Part shown: one piece after another, positions 37,850 to 47,533 of the stretch | Position numbering within the stretch: the stretch's first letter is position 1 | Layout: every line of letters begins with the position of its first letter | Virus record (IMG/VR): IMGVR_UViG_3300023174_003073 | Location: 96,001 to 160,000 of that record | Source of the DNA: a virus | Reading direction: 5' to 3' (one strand) | Length of the DNA: 64,000 nt | Notes under the pieces: model-generated | The model's input: only the letters and a program-made list of their open reading frames with translations | Told to the model about the DNA's origin: nothing | Database searches by the model: none | Program-made: the position numbers and the translations under genes

Positions 37850-40800
37850 TTATCCTGCTGAGGATAAAGCCCCAGTGTTCATAATACGAACCGGTATATA
37901 GATAAATTCCGCTGCCTTAACAGGTTCAATAGCAATATCGATCCATAATTCATTTCTATCTATCTTCGCAGGTGTATTATTACTTGCATCACATACAACT
38001 AGATAGTCATATAAACCACGTTTAGCAACTAAGTCGATAAACAATGATTGTACTACACCGGATAATTGATTACGTGTTAGAGCATCATTTGGTTCGAATA
38101 CGAACGGACGAGCCGCAACTTGCAATCTTTCACGGATATAGCAAACTAAACGTGCAACATTAATACGATCCAATGCACTTTGTGTATCTTTACTGTTCTT
38201 GTTACCATAATTCAATAAACCAATACCAGTAAAGTATGCTAATGGATTAATTTGATTTGTATAAAGAACATCACGGATACTCATACGATTCTTAACTACT
38301 TGGAATTCACCAGTAGTTGAATCTAAATAACCGATATTTGTAGCATTATCAATTGTACCACGGCGTGTACCTGCTGGAGCTAACCAAGGATAACCGATAG
38401 TATCATTGCGTAACAATGTACGCAACATCATATGACTTGCTGGAACAACGGCTGCTGTACCTGTCAAATCTGTAGTAATACCGCTTGGATAGAATACACC
38501 CAAATAACTATCACGTGTAACCCATGCATCTTCACCTGTTGCTGTTGCTAATGAAGTGTTGTTTGCCCAAGCCGTGATGCTATTTGCATCATCAGCTAGT
38601 CTTAATGGAGTATCACCAACAATATAAGCAGTGTTATGGCGATCATTATTCAATGTTACCATATTAGGTTGTAGTTCAGGATATCCTGGAGCTGCAATCA
38701 AATTGAAAGTGTTATCTTCTTCACGGATTGTTTGATTAGTATCGATAGCTTGCTTCATTGCCGCTACTATCAATGCACGTTGTGCCTTACGGCCCATGTA
38801 TGCTGATCCATCTGCCTTCAATCCACTTACACTCACCCATGTATAGCTAACTTGAGGTAAGTTAGCATTGTTTGCTGGGGCACCTGCATTATATATGCCT
38901 GCATTAGGATAATTTTTACCTGTAAAATAATCAGTAGTGAACTGTTTTACATTGTATCCTGAGCGGCGTGTATTGAATAATAACATACCCTGTGGATATA
39001 GTGCTGGATCCGGTGCATCTAAATCTAGATGGTCACTTGTTAATAAACTAGTAATAGTTGGAATTGGATCATTTACAGGATCAACGTTACCTGCATTTGC
39101 CCAACGTGCATCAGCAAATAATAATCCATTTGAACTTGTTTGGTCTGTCTTATCAATCAATACCCATTGATCCACAGAACTAACTGATTCCCAACGATAT
39201 AGCATTGGATAATTTTCTAGATCACCTGAATCAATCCATAAATCACCATACACTAATGCTGTACTATCAGATTGTGTTGTAGGGGCCGTAGCTGATACGA
39301 TCGGTCCTGCTGGGTCTGTACTCGGAGAACCACTATTAGAAGGATGTCCATTGCTATCAAAGTTTACGTTTCTGTAACCTTTCCATACACCGTTCTTGTT
39401 GACCATAATATCAACTGAGCTTGGTGTGCTATAGAACCATTTTGTTCCATTAGCTGGATTCTGTACTGGCGCACCTTCGTTTGCAGTATAAGTTAACAAT
39501 TCCCAATTAGATATTTGCAATGCATAACTAAAGTTAGGAGTACCACTCTTATATGCAACTGATACAATAGCTCCTGAGTTTACTCCGGTAACAGTTACTT
39601 TTAAATTATTTGAACTTGACAGTCCACCCAACTGTGCGTAAGAAATAGTAACTTCATCTCCTACAGTATATCCGGTTCCACTAGAAGCACTTATAATTTC
39701 GTAACTAGTTCCTACTTTAATATTAAATGAAGCACCGGATCCACCACCATTAGTAGCAGTAGGACTTGCTCCTAAATTATAGTAAGGAATAATTGGTCCA
39801 GCACGTACACTTACGTCTAATGGAGTAAAAGAATCATCATAAAATCCTAATTCTGCTAATATACCGGTAATTAAACCATCATCGCCTCTTTGGTCTATAA
39901 TGATTTCACCACCTAATGTATGAGTAATCTGTAATGCACCATCAGTTGTAATGCTTGCAGTTGTATATGGAATTTGTGCAAGTTGCCAATCATTTACAAA
40001 AGAAGCAAGAGTTGTATCCGAATTATAGAATGTACGAGAAATTCCAGGTAAGCCATCGCCTACTACTTCACCAGGTGCACTTACATATACTGTTAATTTA
40101 TTTCCAGATGTAAGTGTTGGGTCTGCGATAGGAGAAGTAAATACCGTTGGTCCTGTTGCAAATCTTCTCAATAAACCTAAAGGTGCATCTGTATAATTAT
40201 TATTAAAACAATATTTACCAAATACGGTACCTACTGGAATTGCTTTTCCACCTGTACTGTCTAACGCTGAAATAGCGTCAACATCATTGCGATAAAAAGA
40301 AACATTGGCGCCGGACCATGATCCTGTAGTGGTACTATATTCTGATAAAGCAAGATTTAAACCTTTTCCTGCGGCGCTTGTTTTAATCCAAACACTTCCG
40401 GTTGGGTGTGGGAATGCTTGACTAGCTGTCCATAATGGCATTCTTGCACTTGAACCGTATACTACTTCAGGTGCATTATACATTTTTTCAGTAATGCCTA
40501 AATCATCCAAAACAGTACTACCGGCAACACTAATAATTCTAATATAATTCATAGTAGTTGTTGGATAATTAGAATATATATTAAGTTTTCCATCAATAAC
40601 TGCTGCATTTAAATAACCGTCATTCAAGTTATTGATTGCTGTTGCAAGACCGTCAACTGTATTATTAGGTGATGCTGGAACTGTGACAGTTCTATCGCCG
40701 GAGCCGTTGTTATTTAATTTAAATGTATGTCCTGCTGTCAATCCAGGATTTGATGCTGTTCCAGAAACTGTTGGAATAACACCACTCCAAAAGCGACTGC

Positions 40801-41431
40801 CCAAAGTAACCCAAATATTACCAACTGATTTTAACCAATATGTTGCCGGTGCGTTTTGCATTGAAATTATTGCATAGTCACCTACATTTCCAATAGTATC
40901 TAATGGAAAGTTTGATTCTGTCATTTGATCGGCGCTAGTAATGACTATCGGAGATTTTTCAACAAACAAACCAGTTGTTGCATTAAATTCATAGATACCC
41001 CATGTAGAATTAGTTGTATCTAACCAATATGCACCATCTTCTGCTTCACCTGATGGTCTAGAAACTGAACCTACTAATTCAGCTAAGTCAATATCTGCTC
41101 TTACAATATAGCAACGATTAGTCAAACCCATTAACGAATAAGCAGCCAATAAGCCGTATTCATTTAATTCATATCCATGAATTGGTGTTCCGTTTGTTGT
41201 TTTGTAAAAGAATGGATTACCGAATAATGTTGTTAAGTCACGCTGACTTGTTACTTGGTACATTTTATTTGCATTTGCTTTTGTTGTACCTGCCGCAACT
41301 GCGGTTGCTGCCGCATTTGCTTTGCTTTGTGCTGATGCCACAATTAATAGTGGGACTGAATTTGATGCTGCCGGTAAGTATTGACTTTCATCAATGATGT
41401 TTACTTCTACACCTGCTGATACTAGTGCCAT
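37850..41431 (-). CDS. gp18: tail sheath protein (with large insertions)
   Basis: LVSAGVEV...DES N-terminus; PWLAPAG.RRG, DRINVARL, FVFEPND, CDASNNTP and EP.KAAEFIYIP. Confidence 0.93.
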   Translation of the reverse strand: MALVSAGVEVNIIDESQYLPAASNSVPLLIVASAQSKANAAATAVAAGTTKANANKMYQVTSQRDLTTLFGNPFFYKTTNGTPIHGYELNEYGLLAAYSLMGLTNRCYIVRADIDLAELVGSVSRPSGEAEDGAYWLDTTNSTWGIYEFNATTGLFVEKSPIVITSADQMTESNFPLDTIGNVGDYAIISMQNAPATYWLKSVGNIWVTLGSRFWSGVIPTVSGTASNPGLTAGHTFKLNNNGSGDRTVTVPASPNNTVDGLATAINNLNDGYLNAAVIDGKLNIYSNYPTTTMNYIRIISVAGSTVLDDLGITEKMYNAPEVVYGSSARMPLWTASQAFPHPTGSVWIKTSAAGKGLNLALSEYSTTTGSWSGANVSFYRNDVDAISALDSTGGKAIPVGTVFGKYCFNNNYTDAPLGLLRRFATGPTVFTSPIADPTLTSGNKLTVYVSAPGEVVGDGLPGISRTFYNSDTTLASFVNDWQLAQIPYTTASITTDGALQITHTLGGEIIIDQRGDDGLITGILAELGFYDDSFTPLDVSVRAGPIIPYYNLGASPTATNGGGSGASFNIKVGTSYEIISASSGTGYTVGDEVTISYAQLGGLSSSNNLKVTVTGVNSGAIVSVAYKSGTPNFSYALQISNWELLTYTANEGAPVQNPANGTKWFYSTPSSVDIMVNKNGVWKGYRNVNFDSNGHPSNSGSPSTDPAGPIVSATAPTTQSDSTALVYGDLWIDSGDLENYPMLYRWESVSSVDQWVLIDKTDQTSSNGLLFADARWANAGNVDPVNDPIPTITSLLTSDHLDLDAPDPALYPQGMLLFNTRRSGYNVKQFTTDYFTGKNYPNAGIYNAGAPANNANLPQVSYTWVSVSGLKADGSAYMGRKAQRALIVAAMKQAIDTNQTIREEDNTFNLIAAPGYPELQPNMVTLNNDRHNTAYIVGDTPLRLADDANSITAWANNTSLATATGEDAWVTRDSYLGVFYPSGITTDLTGTAAVVPASHMMLRTLLRNDTIGYPWLAPAGTRRGTIDNATNIGYLDSTTGEFQVVKNRMSIRDVLYTNQINPLAYFTGIGLLNYGNKNSKDTQSALDRINVARLVCYIRERLQVAARPFVFEPNDALTRNQLSGVVQSLFIDLVAKRGLYDYLVVCDASNNTPAKIDRNELWIDIAIEPVKAAEFIYIPVRIMNTGALSSAG

Positions 41432-41483
41432 GTTATTTTTCCTTTATGTTATGATTATGAGGGTTAACGCCCTAACGTACTAA

Positions 41484-41545
41484 TATTTAGTGTAAATGGT
41501 AAAAAAGTACCAATTACCGTGCCTTCGAAGGTTCCTAGCTAAATA
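41484..41545. promoter_or_regulatory. divergent late promoters (CTAAATA on each strand)
   Basis: 41484-41490 (-) towards the sheath gene and 41539-41545 (+) 4 nt before the HNH ATG. Confidence 0.6.
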
Positions 41546-41549
41546 CTTA

Positions 41550-41891
41550 ATGAGACCTATCTGCAAAACATGTGGTAAGAATAACACAGCCGTAAACTAT
41601 AAACGTGACGGTGTGACACATTATCGTAGTATGTGTGATGAGTGTGGTCGTAAGAAAAATAAACTTAAACCAAGAGAGCCTAGTTGGAAAAAGTCAGGGT
41701 ATAAGAAAAAAGCCACATGTGACTTATGTGGCTTTAAAAGTTTATATCCTAGTCAATTAACAGTCTTTCATATAGACGGTAAATTAGAACACACTGAGTT
41801 TACTAATCTACGTACAATTTGTTTAAATTGTGTAGAAGTTGTCAAAAGAAAAGAAGTTAATTGGAAGCGTGGTGACTTAGAAGTTGACTAA
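41550..41891 (+). CDS. Zn-finger / HNH-like protein
   Basis: CxxC pairs and CDLCGF...VFHIDG...NLRTICLNC. Start moved to MRPIC. Confidence 0.7.
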   Translation: MRPICKTCGKNNTAVNYKRDGVTHYRSMCDECGRKKNKLKPREPSWKKSGYKKKATCDLCGFKSLYPSQLTVFHIDGKLEHTEFTNLRTICLNCVEVVKRKEVNWKRGDLEVD

Positions 41892-42504
41892 GTGTAGCAT
41901 GTAAATCATCAATTGACCCGTTATTATCAATGTAATGGTCGTATTCTAATCCTACACTAGAATATTCACTAGCATGAATTTTAGCCTTATCTAATTTAGC
42001 TTTGCTTAGTGACCAAAGACTATTTCCGTCAGGACCCTTATTGTATGCCTTGGCAGCATCATACCAATCAGGGTCAGGACCTCTGTTAGCTCTTAATGTA
42101 ATTCCGCCTGCATTTTTGATAGCATTAACTTCATTGGGGAACCTACAATCAGTGATTACAATATCGTCTTTAGTTTGACGCAATTTGTTCTCTACACTTG
42201 CCACCCAGATATCATCATGGAAGTTAGCACGACAAACTTCTGTACCCCATTGCTGTAGTATCCATCTTGGGGTGAGTTCGGGTATACCTAATCGGGCACC
42301 CCACCAAGGATCAACTTGTTCACGCCATTTACGGCTAGATTTAGTTGTACCTTCTAGCATATCTCTGTCCCAGCCAAAGACATTTGCTACTGCATCCTTG
42401 AGACTGGATGCAAAACTTATTCGTTTAAATTTATGATTAGTTACTAGATAGTCAGCAATTGTATCTTTGCCGCTTCCAATTAATCCTGTCACTCCTATAA
42501 TCAT
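41857..42504 (-). CDS. gp1: deoxynucleoside monophosphate kinase (T4 gp1-like)
   Basis: GLIGSGKDT, FASSLK, TPRWILQQWGTE, DCRFPNE and HASE motifs. Start moved to MIIGVTG (AGGAG RBS). Confidence 0.9.
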   Translation of the reverse strand: MIIGVTGLIGSGKDTIADYLVTNHKFKRISFASSLKDAVANVFGWDRDMLEGTTKSSRKWREQVDPWWGARLGIPELTPRWILQQWGTEVCRANFHDDIWVASVENKLRQTKDDIVITDCRFPNEVNAIKNAGGITLRANRGPDPDWYDAAKAYNKGPDGNSLWSLSKAKLDKAKIHASEYSSVGLEYDHYIDNNGSIDDLHATLSQLLSHHASN

Positions 42505-42561
42505 ACGATCTCCTGTAGTACTAATTGTATTACTAACGTATGACATATGCTAGTATTTAGG

Positions 42562-43332
42562 TTAACCTTGTACCCAAGTTAGTGGCTGACTATAGTCCAC
42601 ATATCGTTTCAAATCTTCTATCAATGCGGCTTGCATTTCTTTAGCTTCTGATTTTAATGTACCACCATTTAATTGAGTACCACCACCCGGGCCTGCAATG
42701 CTAGCAAACTTTTCACGTGCTTCACCTAAAATATATTTCAATTGGCTAAGTGTCCAATCTCCGATCCAAACACCACTACCCGGATCCTGAAGTAAAGTAG
42801 ATTCTGGTTTCTGAATGTCAGCCCAAATTAATATCTTTTCACCACTGCCTTTAATGTGTCTTACTAATCGGATTTCTTTAGTTACATTATTGAATGTGTA
42901 GATAACATATCCACCAAACATACGTGCAGCCAATTCAACATATCCTGCATAAAAGTCATAAGTTGCTAACCCACCTGCGGAATTGTAATTAAGCAAATAT
43001 GTGTTAAGAATGGCACTACTAAATGGGTCAAAACTGCTTCCAGCAGGTCCTGTTTCTAACCCAACAGTACGGCGGAATACTTGTCTTACATTAATAAATT
43101 CTTTAGGAAGTGTGTAAACATCCTGATCCACATGTAGTTCTAGCAATGTGTAAGATTCTTCGGTCGCATTTTGTGCTCGTTGACGATATACTTGTACCGC
43201 ATATTTGTATGCAGCCTCAAAATGTTCAGGATCTAATTCAACGTCAACTATACCTTCACCCATACGAAGGCGTAGATTTCTAAATAATTCTTCTTTTAAT
43301 GCGTCTAAACTAGTTGATTGCAGGATTGCCAT
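42562..43332 (-). CDS. gp13: neck protein (T4 gp13-like)
   Basis: LRMG..IVDVELD...LGEAREKF..I.GPGGG.QLNG. Confidence 0.82.
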   Translation of the reverse strand: MAILQSTSLDALKEELFRNLRLRMGEGIVDVELDPEHFEAAYKYAVQVYRQRAQNATEESYTLLELHVDQDVYTLPKEFINVRQVFRRTVGLETGPAGSSFDPFSSAILNTYLLNYNSAGGLATYDFYAGYVELAARMFGGYVIYTFNNVTKEIRLVRHIKGSGEKILIWADIQKPESTLLQDPGSGVWIGDWTLSQLKYILGEAREKFASIAGPGGGTQLNGGTLKSEAKEMQAALIEDLKRYVDYSQPLTWVQG

Positions 43333-43335
43333 TGT

Positions 43336-43366
43336 GTTCTCCAGATATTGTATTTATCTGGAGAAC
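43336..43366 (-). promoter_or_regulatory. perfect 12-bp hairpin GTTCTCCAGATA/TATCTGGAGAAC containing the late promoter GATAAATA and the GGAG RBS
   Basis: Read directly from the sequence. Confidence 0.8.
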
Positions 43367-43374
43367 TTGGTATG

Positions 43375-43965
43375 TTAGCGAAACTCAAATAAATCAGTTG
43401 CTAGCATATCAGCAGTGCCTAAAAGTTTTTTCATTCCTGAATTTGGAATACGCATTGCATAACTTTTACTTGTACCCTTTTTATTCGGTTTATGTTCAAG
43501 CACACCGTACTGTCCGCCTGAGATAGTCTGACCGGTAATAATTTCACCCTGTACTGTAAGTTCAGCCCTACAATCTTCGTATGCTTCCTCAAGATGTTTC
43601 TGAATTTCAGGATGTGACAAATCGACAACTTTACCAGATGCACTTGCATCCTCTCTGATGGTAACACGATATTGCTTTTGAAGTTTTTGTTTAAATGATG
43701 TTTCATTCCAAGGCGTGTTAATGATATCATCAAATTTCATATTACCTATAGTATGATGAGAATTAGTATTTGCTGACCTAGTTTTGATTTCAATGTCAAT
43801 AGTAGGTAAATCGACAGTACCATTGCTATCTATAGGAAATCCCTGCTTCTTCATAGCTTGTTCAAGTATTTTACCATTAGTACCGTCATTGACTTTTGAT
43901 GGGTCCTTAAAGGGTACTTTTGATAAATCTACCTTAAGACTTTTAATTTTTACTTTGTTATTCAT
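43375..43965 (-). CDS. PD-(D/E)XK nuclease-like protein
   Basis: GKILE...VDLPTIDIEIKTR (E...D...ExK). Confidence 0.5.
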   Translation of the reverse strand: MNNKVKIKSLKVDLSKVPFKDPSKVNDGTNGKILEQAMKKQGFPIDSNGTVDLPTIDIEIKTRSANTNSHHTIGNMKFDDIINTPWNETSFKQKLQKQYRVTIREDASASGKVVDLSHPEIQKHLEEAYEDCRAELTVQGEIITGQTISGGQYGVLEHKPNKKGTSKSYAMRIPNSGMKKLLGTADMLATDLFEFR

Positions 43966-44396
43966 ACATCCCCTGCCTTTCTATTTTCACTGTTAAACAC
44001 GTTAAACTCACCACCGGGATATCGTGCTTTAAGTTTCTCTATGTTCTCGGCAATAACATCATTAGGATCTAGGCGAAGTGCCCTGCAAGCATTGATCCAG
44101 TACCACATGATATCACCTAGTTCACGTTTCATATGGTAGACATTATCGTCAGTTAGGGGCTTACCTTGAAAGAAAATCTTCTTAGGAATCTCAATAAACT
44201 CACCTGACTCGGCTGCTAACCCTAGGCAAGCAGTAAGCAATAACGGGACGTTGATATCAGGCCCATGTGTGTCAGTAGCAGAATTAAAGCTACCGTCTAT
44301 TTCATCTAACCGATTCATAAAGGTCGTCAAGTCATTACTAGGTTGACTGGTAACAGCCTTTACAAAATCACTATATTTGTTTAAATCTACACTCAT
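43962..44396 (-). CDS. mazG: MazG-like nucleotide pyrophosphohydrolase
   Basis: GLAAESGE..E..KK...ELGDIMWY...NIEKL.ARYP. Confidence 0.88.
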   Translation of the reverse strand: MSVDLNKYSDFVKAVTSQPSNDLTTFMNRLDEIDGSFNSATDTHGPDINVPLLLTACLGLAAESGEFIEIPKKIFFQGKPLTDDNVYHMKRELGDIMWYWINACRALRLDPNDVIAENIEKLKARYPGGEFNVFNSENRKAGDV

Positions 44397-44581
44397 ACTA
44401 AATCCTTAAACATTTGTTTTGCCCCTCGTTCACCTAGATGGTAAACAAAGATTTCGCTTACTCGTTGCAACATCGCACAAGCCATCATAAGCTGGTCCTC
44501 TTTGTCATCGCACATAAGTAATTGTTGTTCGACTGGAGCCATTAACTCCGTCATCCTTTCTTTTATATTATCATTATCCAT
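44393..44581 (-). CDS. hypothetical protein
   Basis: ORF track; overlaps both neighbours. Confidence 0.65.
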   Translation of the reverse strand: MDNDNIKERMTELMAPVEQQLLMCDDKEDQLMMACAMLQRVSEIFVYHLGERGAKQMFKDLV

Positions 44582-45735
44582 TAGAATGCTTTCAAAATAA
44601 TCATATTCTCATTGAACCTACCATTAGGCGCAGTTGCTACTGCTTTAATCTCTTTAAAGTACTTACGTGCCGCAGGCTTGCTACCCATTAGTTCTTTAAT
44701 CTGCTCACCCGGCTTACGCAATGTTTTGACTTCACTTGTATTGCTATCAAAGCCTAGGATCGTATTACCCTTAACCGTAAAACACTTGCTATACTCGTCA
44801 GCAATGTAGTGATGCATCTTACGCTTTGCAGTATCATAGACCCATGCCTCACTTGCACCATGCAACTTAGTTGGATGCACACTAATCAAGTCAAGTTTGT
44901 TAACTGGATCTTTGAATTCTTTCAAGTACTTGAGTTTAGCAACAATTTTCTCAACAGGAACTGCCTTGCGTTTGCGAGGTGCTTTGCTTGCTTTCTTAAT
45001 TGAGATATAACTGTTCAAGTCACCTAGGACACTATCTACAAATTTGATAAGATTACGTACCTGTACTTTGCCTAAGAATGCATAAGCCTCGTTCAGGTCT
45101 TTATCTTGACCCTCGGATAGTTCGTTGAATTCTTCTGCTTTGCGTTTCCAAATCTCAACAATGATAGGGATATGTTGAGGCATGACATTGAATTTTGCAA
45201 CAATGTCAACTGTCTTTTGTGTAGTCTTACCTGTAGTCATGTACTCGTCAAGCAAACCTTCAAGTTCACCTGCGGCTTCACCTGCTTTTTCACGCATCAA
45301 TTCCTGAATGTTAGGACGATTGCTAGGTGCTACTTCTTTTACTACTTCTGGTTTATGAACCAGTTTCATTAGTCGGGAGATTTCGTTTTCTAGTGTAACT
45401 GATTCATGTTCGTTCAGTTCAAGACCACGCAAACTCATACGTGCTAACCAGCACAATGTCATAATGTATTCAGATTCATGTACCTTACGCAAATACTTAG
45501 CATCTGCTGTTCGTTCATGGCTATCTAAGTATTGACATAATAGTTCTTTAGCGTCTTTTTTACCGTAGAACCTATTGTACCAAGTGAAACTATTAGTCAA
45601 TGCAAGTTTCCTACCATCACTATCAGGTTGCAACGGGAAATAGGGCTCTTCGCCCATGTACTTCATATCAGCATCTTTTGGGTTCAGTGCTTTAACAAAG
45701 TGGTCTGCTGTTGCTTTGGGTTTACGTGTTGCCAT
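44581..45735 (-). CDS. early hypothetical protein (384 aa)
   Basis: Start moved to MATRKPK (AGGAG RBS); consensus sigma70 promoter upstream. Confidence 0.75.
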   Translation of the reverse strand: MATRKPKATADHFVKALNPKDADMKYMGEEPYFPLQPDSDGRKLALTNSFTWYNRFYGKKDAKELLCQYLDSHERTADAKYLRKVHESEYIMTLCWLARMSLRGLELNEHESVTLENEISRLMKLVHKPEVVKEVAPSNRPNIQELMREKAGEAAGELEGLLDEYMTTGKTTQKTVDIVAKFNVMPQHIPIIVEIWKRKAEEFNELSEGQDKDLNEAYAFLGKVQVRNLIKFVDSVLGDLNSYISIKKASKAPRKRKAVPVEKIVAKLKYLKEFKDPVNKLDLISVHPTKLHGASEAWVYDTAKRKMHHYIADEYSKCFTVKGNTILGFDSNTSEVKTLRKPGEQIKELMGSKPAARKYFKEIKAVATAPNGRFNENMIILKAF

Positions 45736-45759
45736 AGTTACTCCTGTTACGATTTCATT

Positions 45760-45788
45760 ATTATATATGATTGTCCAATTATTGTCAA
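45760..45788 (-). promoter_or_regulatory. perfect sigma70 promoter TTGACA-17-TATAAT
   Basis: -35 at 45783-45788, -10 at 45760-45765. Confidence 0.88.
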
Positions 45789-45824
45789 GCATTTTGTAAG
45801 GTAATACTTTTGCTTTAGGAATGC

Positions 45825-45832
45825 GATAAATA
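45825..45832 (+). promoter_or_regulatory. late promoter GATAAATA (leaderless gp14 mRNA)
   Basis: 4 nt before the ATG at 45837. Confidence 0.65.
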
Positions 45833-45836
45833 CACT

Positions 45837-47525
45837 ATGCCAAGATTATCCTTATACCGCGAGAAAAAATCCAATGATTATAAGTTCTTTGACAGAGTTA
45901 TCAAAGAGCAATTTACTGTAGGTGGAACGGATTTGTATGTCCATAAATATATGGGTATTTCGAATCAAGGACCAAGTGCAGACTTATCACAACCTCAACG
46001 TAGCATATTAGACCCCACTAAAATACAAGATTTGTTATTCTTAGAAAATCGTGACCGCAATTATGCCCCTGATATCTATCGTCTACGTGGTCATTATAAT
46101 GTACAGAATTTAGACTTTGACCTAAGTCAATTTGGATTGTTCTTAAACAATGACACGATATTCATTACCATTCACTATAATGAAATGATTGACTTGATTG
46201 GTCGTAAATTAATGGTAGGTGATGTATTAGAGTTACCGCATTTAACTGACTATCATCCATTAAATGAAACTATTCCTACAAGTTTACGCAGATATTATCA
46301 AGTAACTGATGGCAATTTTGCAAGTGAAGGATTCAGTAGTACATGGTATCCGCATCTGTGGCGCATCAAGTGTGAGCCGTTAGTTGATAGTCAAGAATTT
46401 TCAAGTATACTTGAACAACCAATTAATAAGGATACATATTTAGGAGTATGGGATAAATTAAAAACGTATGTTCCTGGATATGTTGTTACTTATGGTGATA
46501 AGAATTATACCACAATTACCAATGTTCCAGTTGGAACCCCGTGTACTATATTTGATGAGGCCACTCAAACATATATTCCTAATGCACCGTATTGGGAATT
46601 AGACACTGCTGACAACTTGAAAGATATTTTGAGTAGATATAACACAAACATTGCAATTAATGATGCGGCAATTGCAGAAGCTAAAAGATTATTGCCTAAA
46701 TCAGGATATGATAATAGTAATCTATATGTTGTTCCTACTGATGATAACGATGAACCTATAAGTGCAAATAGCATTGTAACATTAAAGGGTGCCCCTGTCA
46801 GACCAGAAGGTACTATTGAAGAAATTATTTCACGTGGACAAAATTACTTTGTTGTAAGAGTTGGGGCAGGTGCATTAAAAAGTATTTGGGATATGACCGC
46901 TGATGCTGATGACACTAAATTAGCAGAGTTTGTAAAAATGAGTTTGAAAGTTGCAAGAACAAAACCAAAACAAACAGAAACTGGTTCAGGGCAAGTTAAA
47001 GGTGATTTAGTATTATCAGTAAAAGCATTGAGTGCAGTCACTGGTCCCTATGGTACAACAGATAACGAATATAGTGAAGCCGACCAGAACCCAATATTAG
47101 ATGGATTCACTGGTACAATTATTCCTGATATCATGGACTATCGTGCTGATAGTGATCCAAGATTCCATTATGTTGCAAAAAGCAGTCCAAGAAGTTTTGG
47201 ATACTCAGGTGGCTACATGGTTGGCACAGGAGCTGCACCTAATGGTACTCCAACAGGTGCAGGTATTACATTCCCTTCTAGCCCAATTAAAGGTGATTAC
47301 TTCCTAAGAACAGATTATTTACCGCAACAATTATTCCGATGGGATGGTAGCTTGTGGGTTAAGATTAGTGAAAACGTTAGAACTGGATCAGCATTAGGAA
47401 ATGATGATGCAACAATGAGAGCATCTTTCATTAACAATACCAATGTAACCACATTAAGTGACGGAGTTACAACAATACCAGAACGTCAATCACTTTCACA
47501 GATATTAAAAATACAAACAGATTAA
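45837..47525 (+). CDS. gp14: neck / head closure protein (T4 gp14-like) with extensions
   Basis: DLLFLENRDR.Y, FDLSQFGLFL and GDVLELPH; followed by the gp15-like gene. Confidence 0.7.
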   Translation: MPRLSLYREKKSNDYKFFDRVIKEQFTVGGTDLYVHKYMGISNQGPSADLSQPQRSILDPTKIQDLLFLENRDRNYAPDIYRLRGHYNVQNLDFDLSQFGLFLNNDTIFITIHYNEMIDLIGRKLMVGDVLELPHLTDYHPLNETIPTSLRRYYQVTDGNFASEGFSSTWYPHLWRIKCEPLVDSQEFSSILEQPINKDTYLGVWDKLKTYVPGYVVTYGDKNYTTITNVPVGTPCTIFDEATQTYIPNAPYWELDTADNLKDILSRYNTNIAINDAAIAEAKRLLPKSGYDNSNLYVVPTDDNDEPISANSIVTLKGAPVRPEGTIEEIISRGQNYFVVRVGAGALKSIWDMTADADDTKLAEFVKMSLKVARTKPKQTETGSGQVKGDLVLSVKALSAVTGPYGTTDNEYSEADQNPILDGFTGTIIPDIMDYRADSDPRFHYVAKSSPRSFGYSGGYMVGTGAAPNGTPTGAGITFPSSPIKGDYFLRTDYLPQQLFRWDGSLWVKISENVRTGSALGNDDATMRASFINNTNVTTLSDGVTTIPERQSLSQILKIQTD

Positions 47526-47533
47526 GGTTTATA

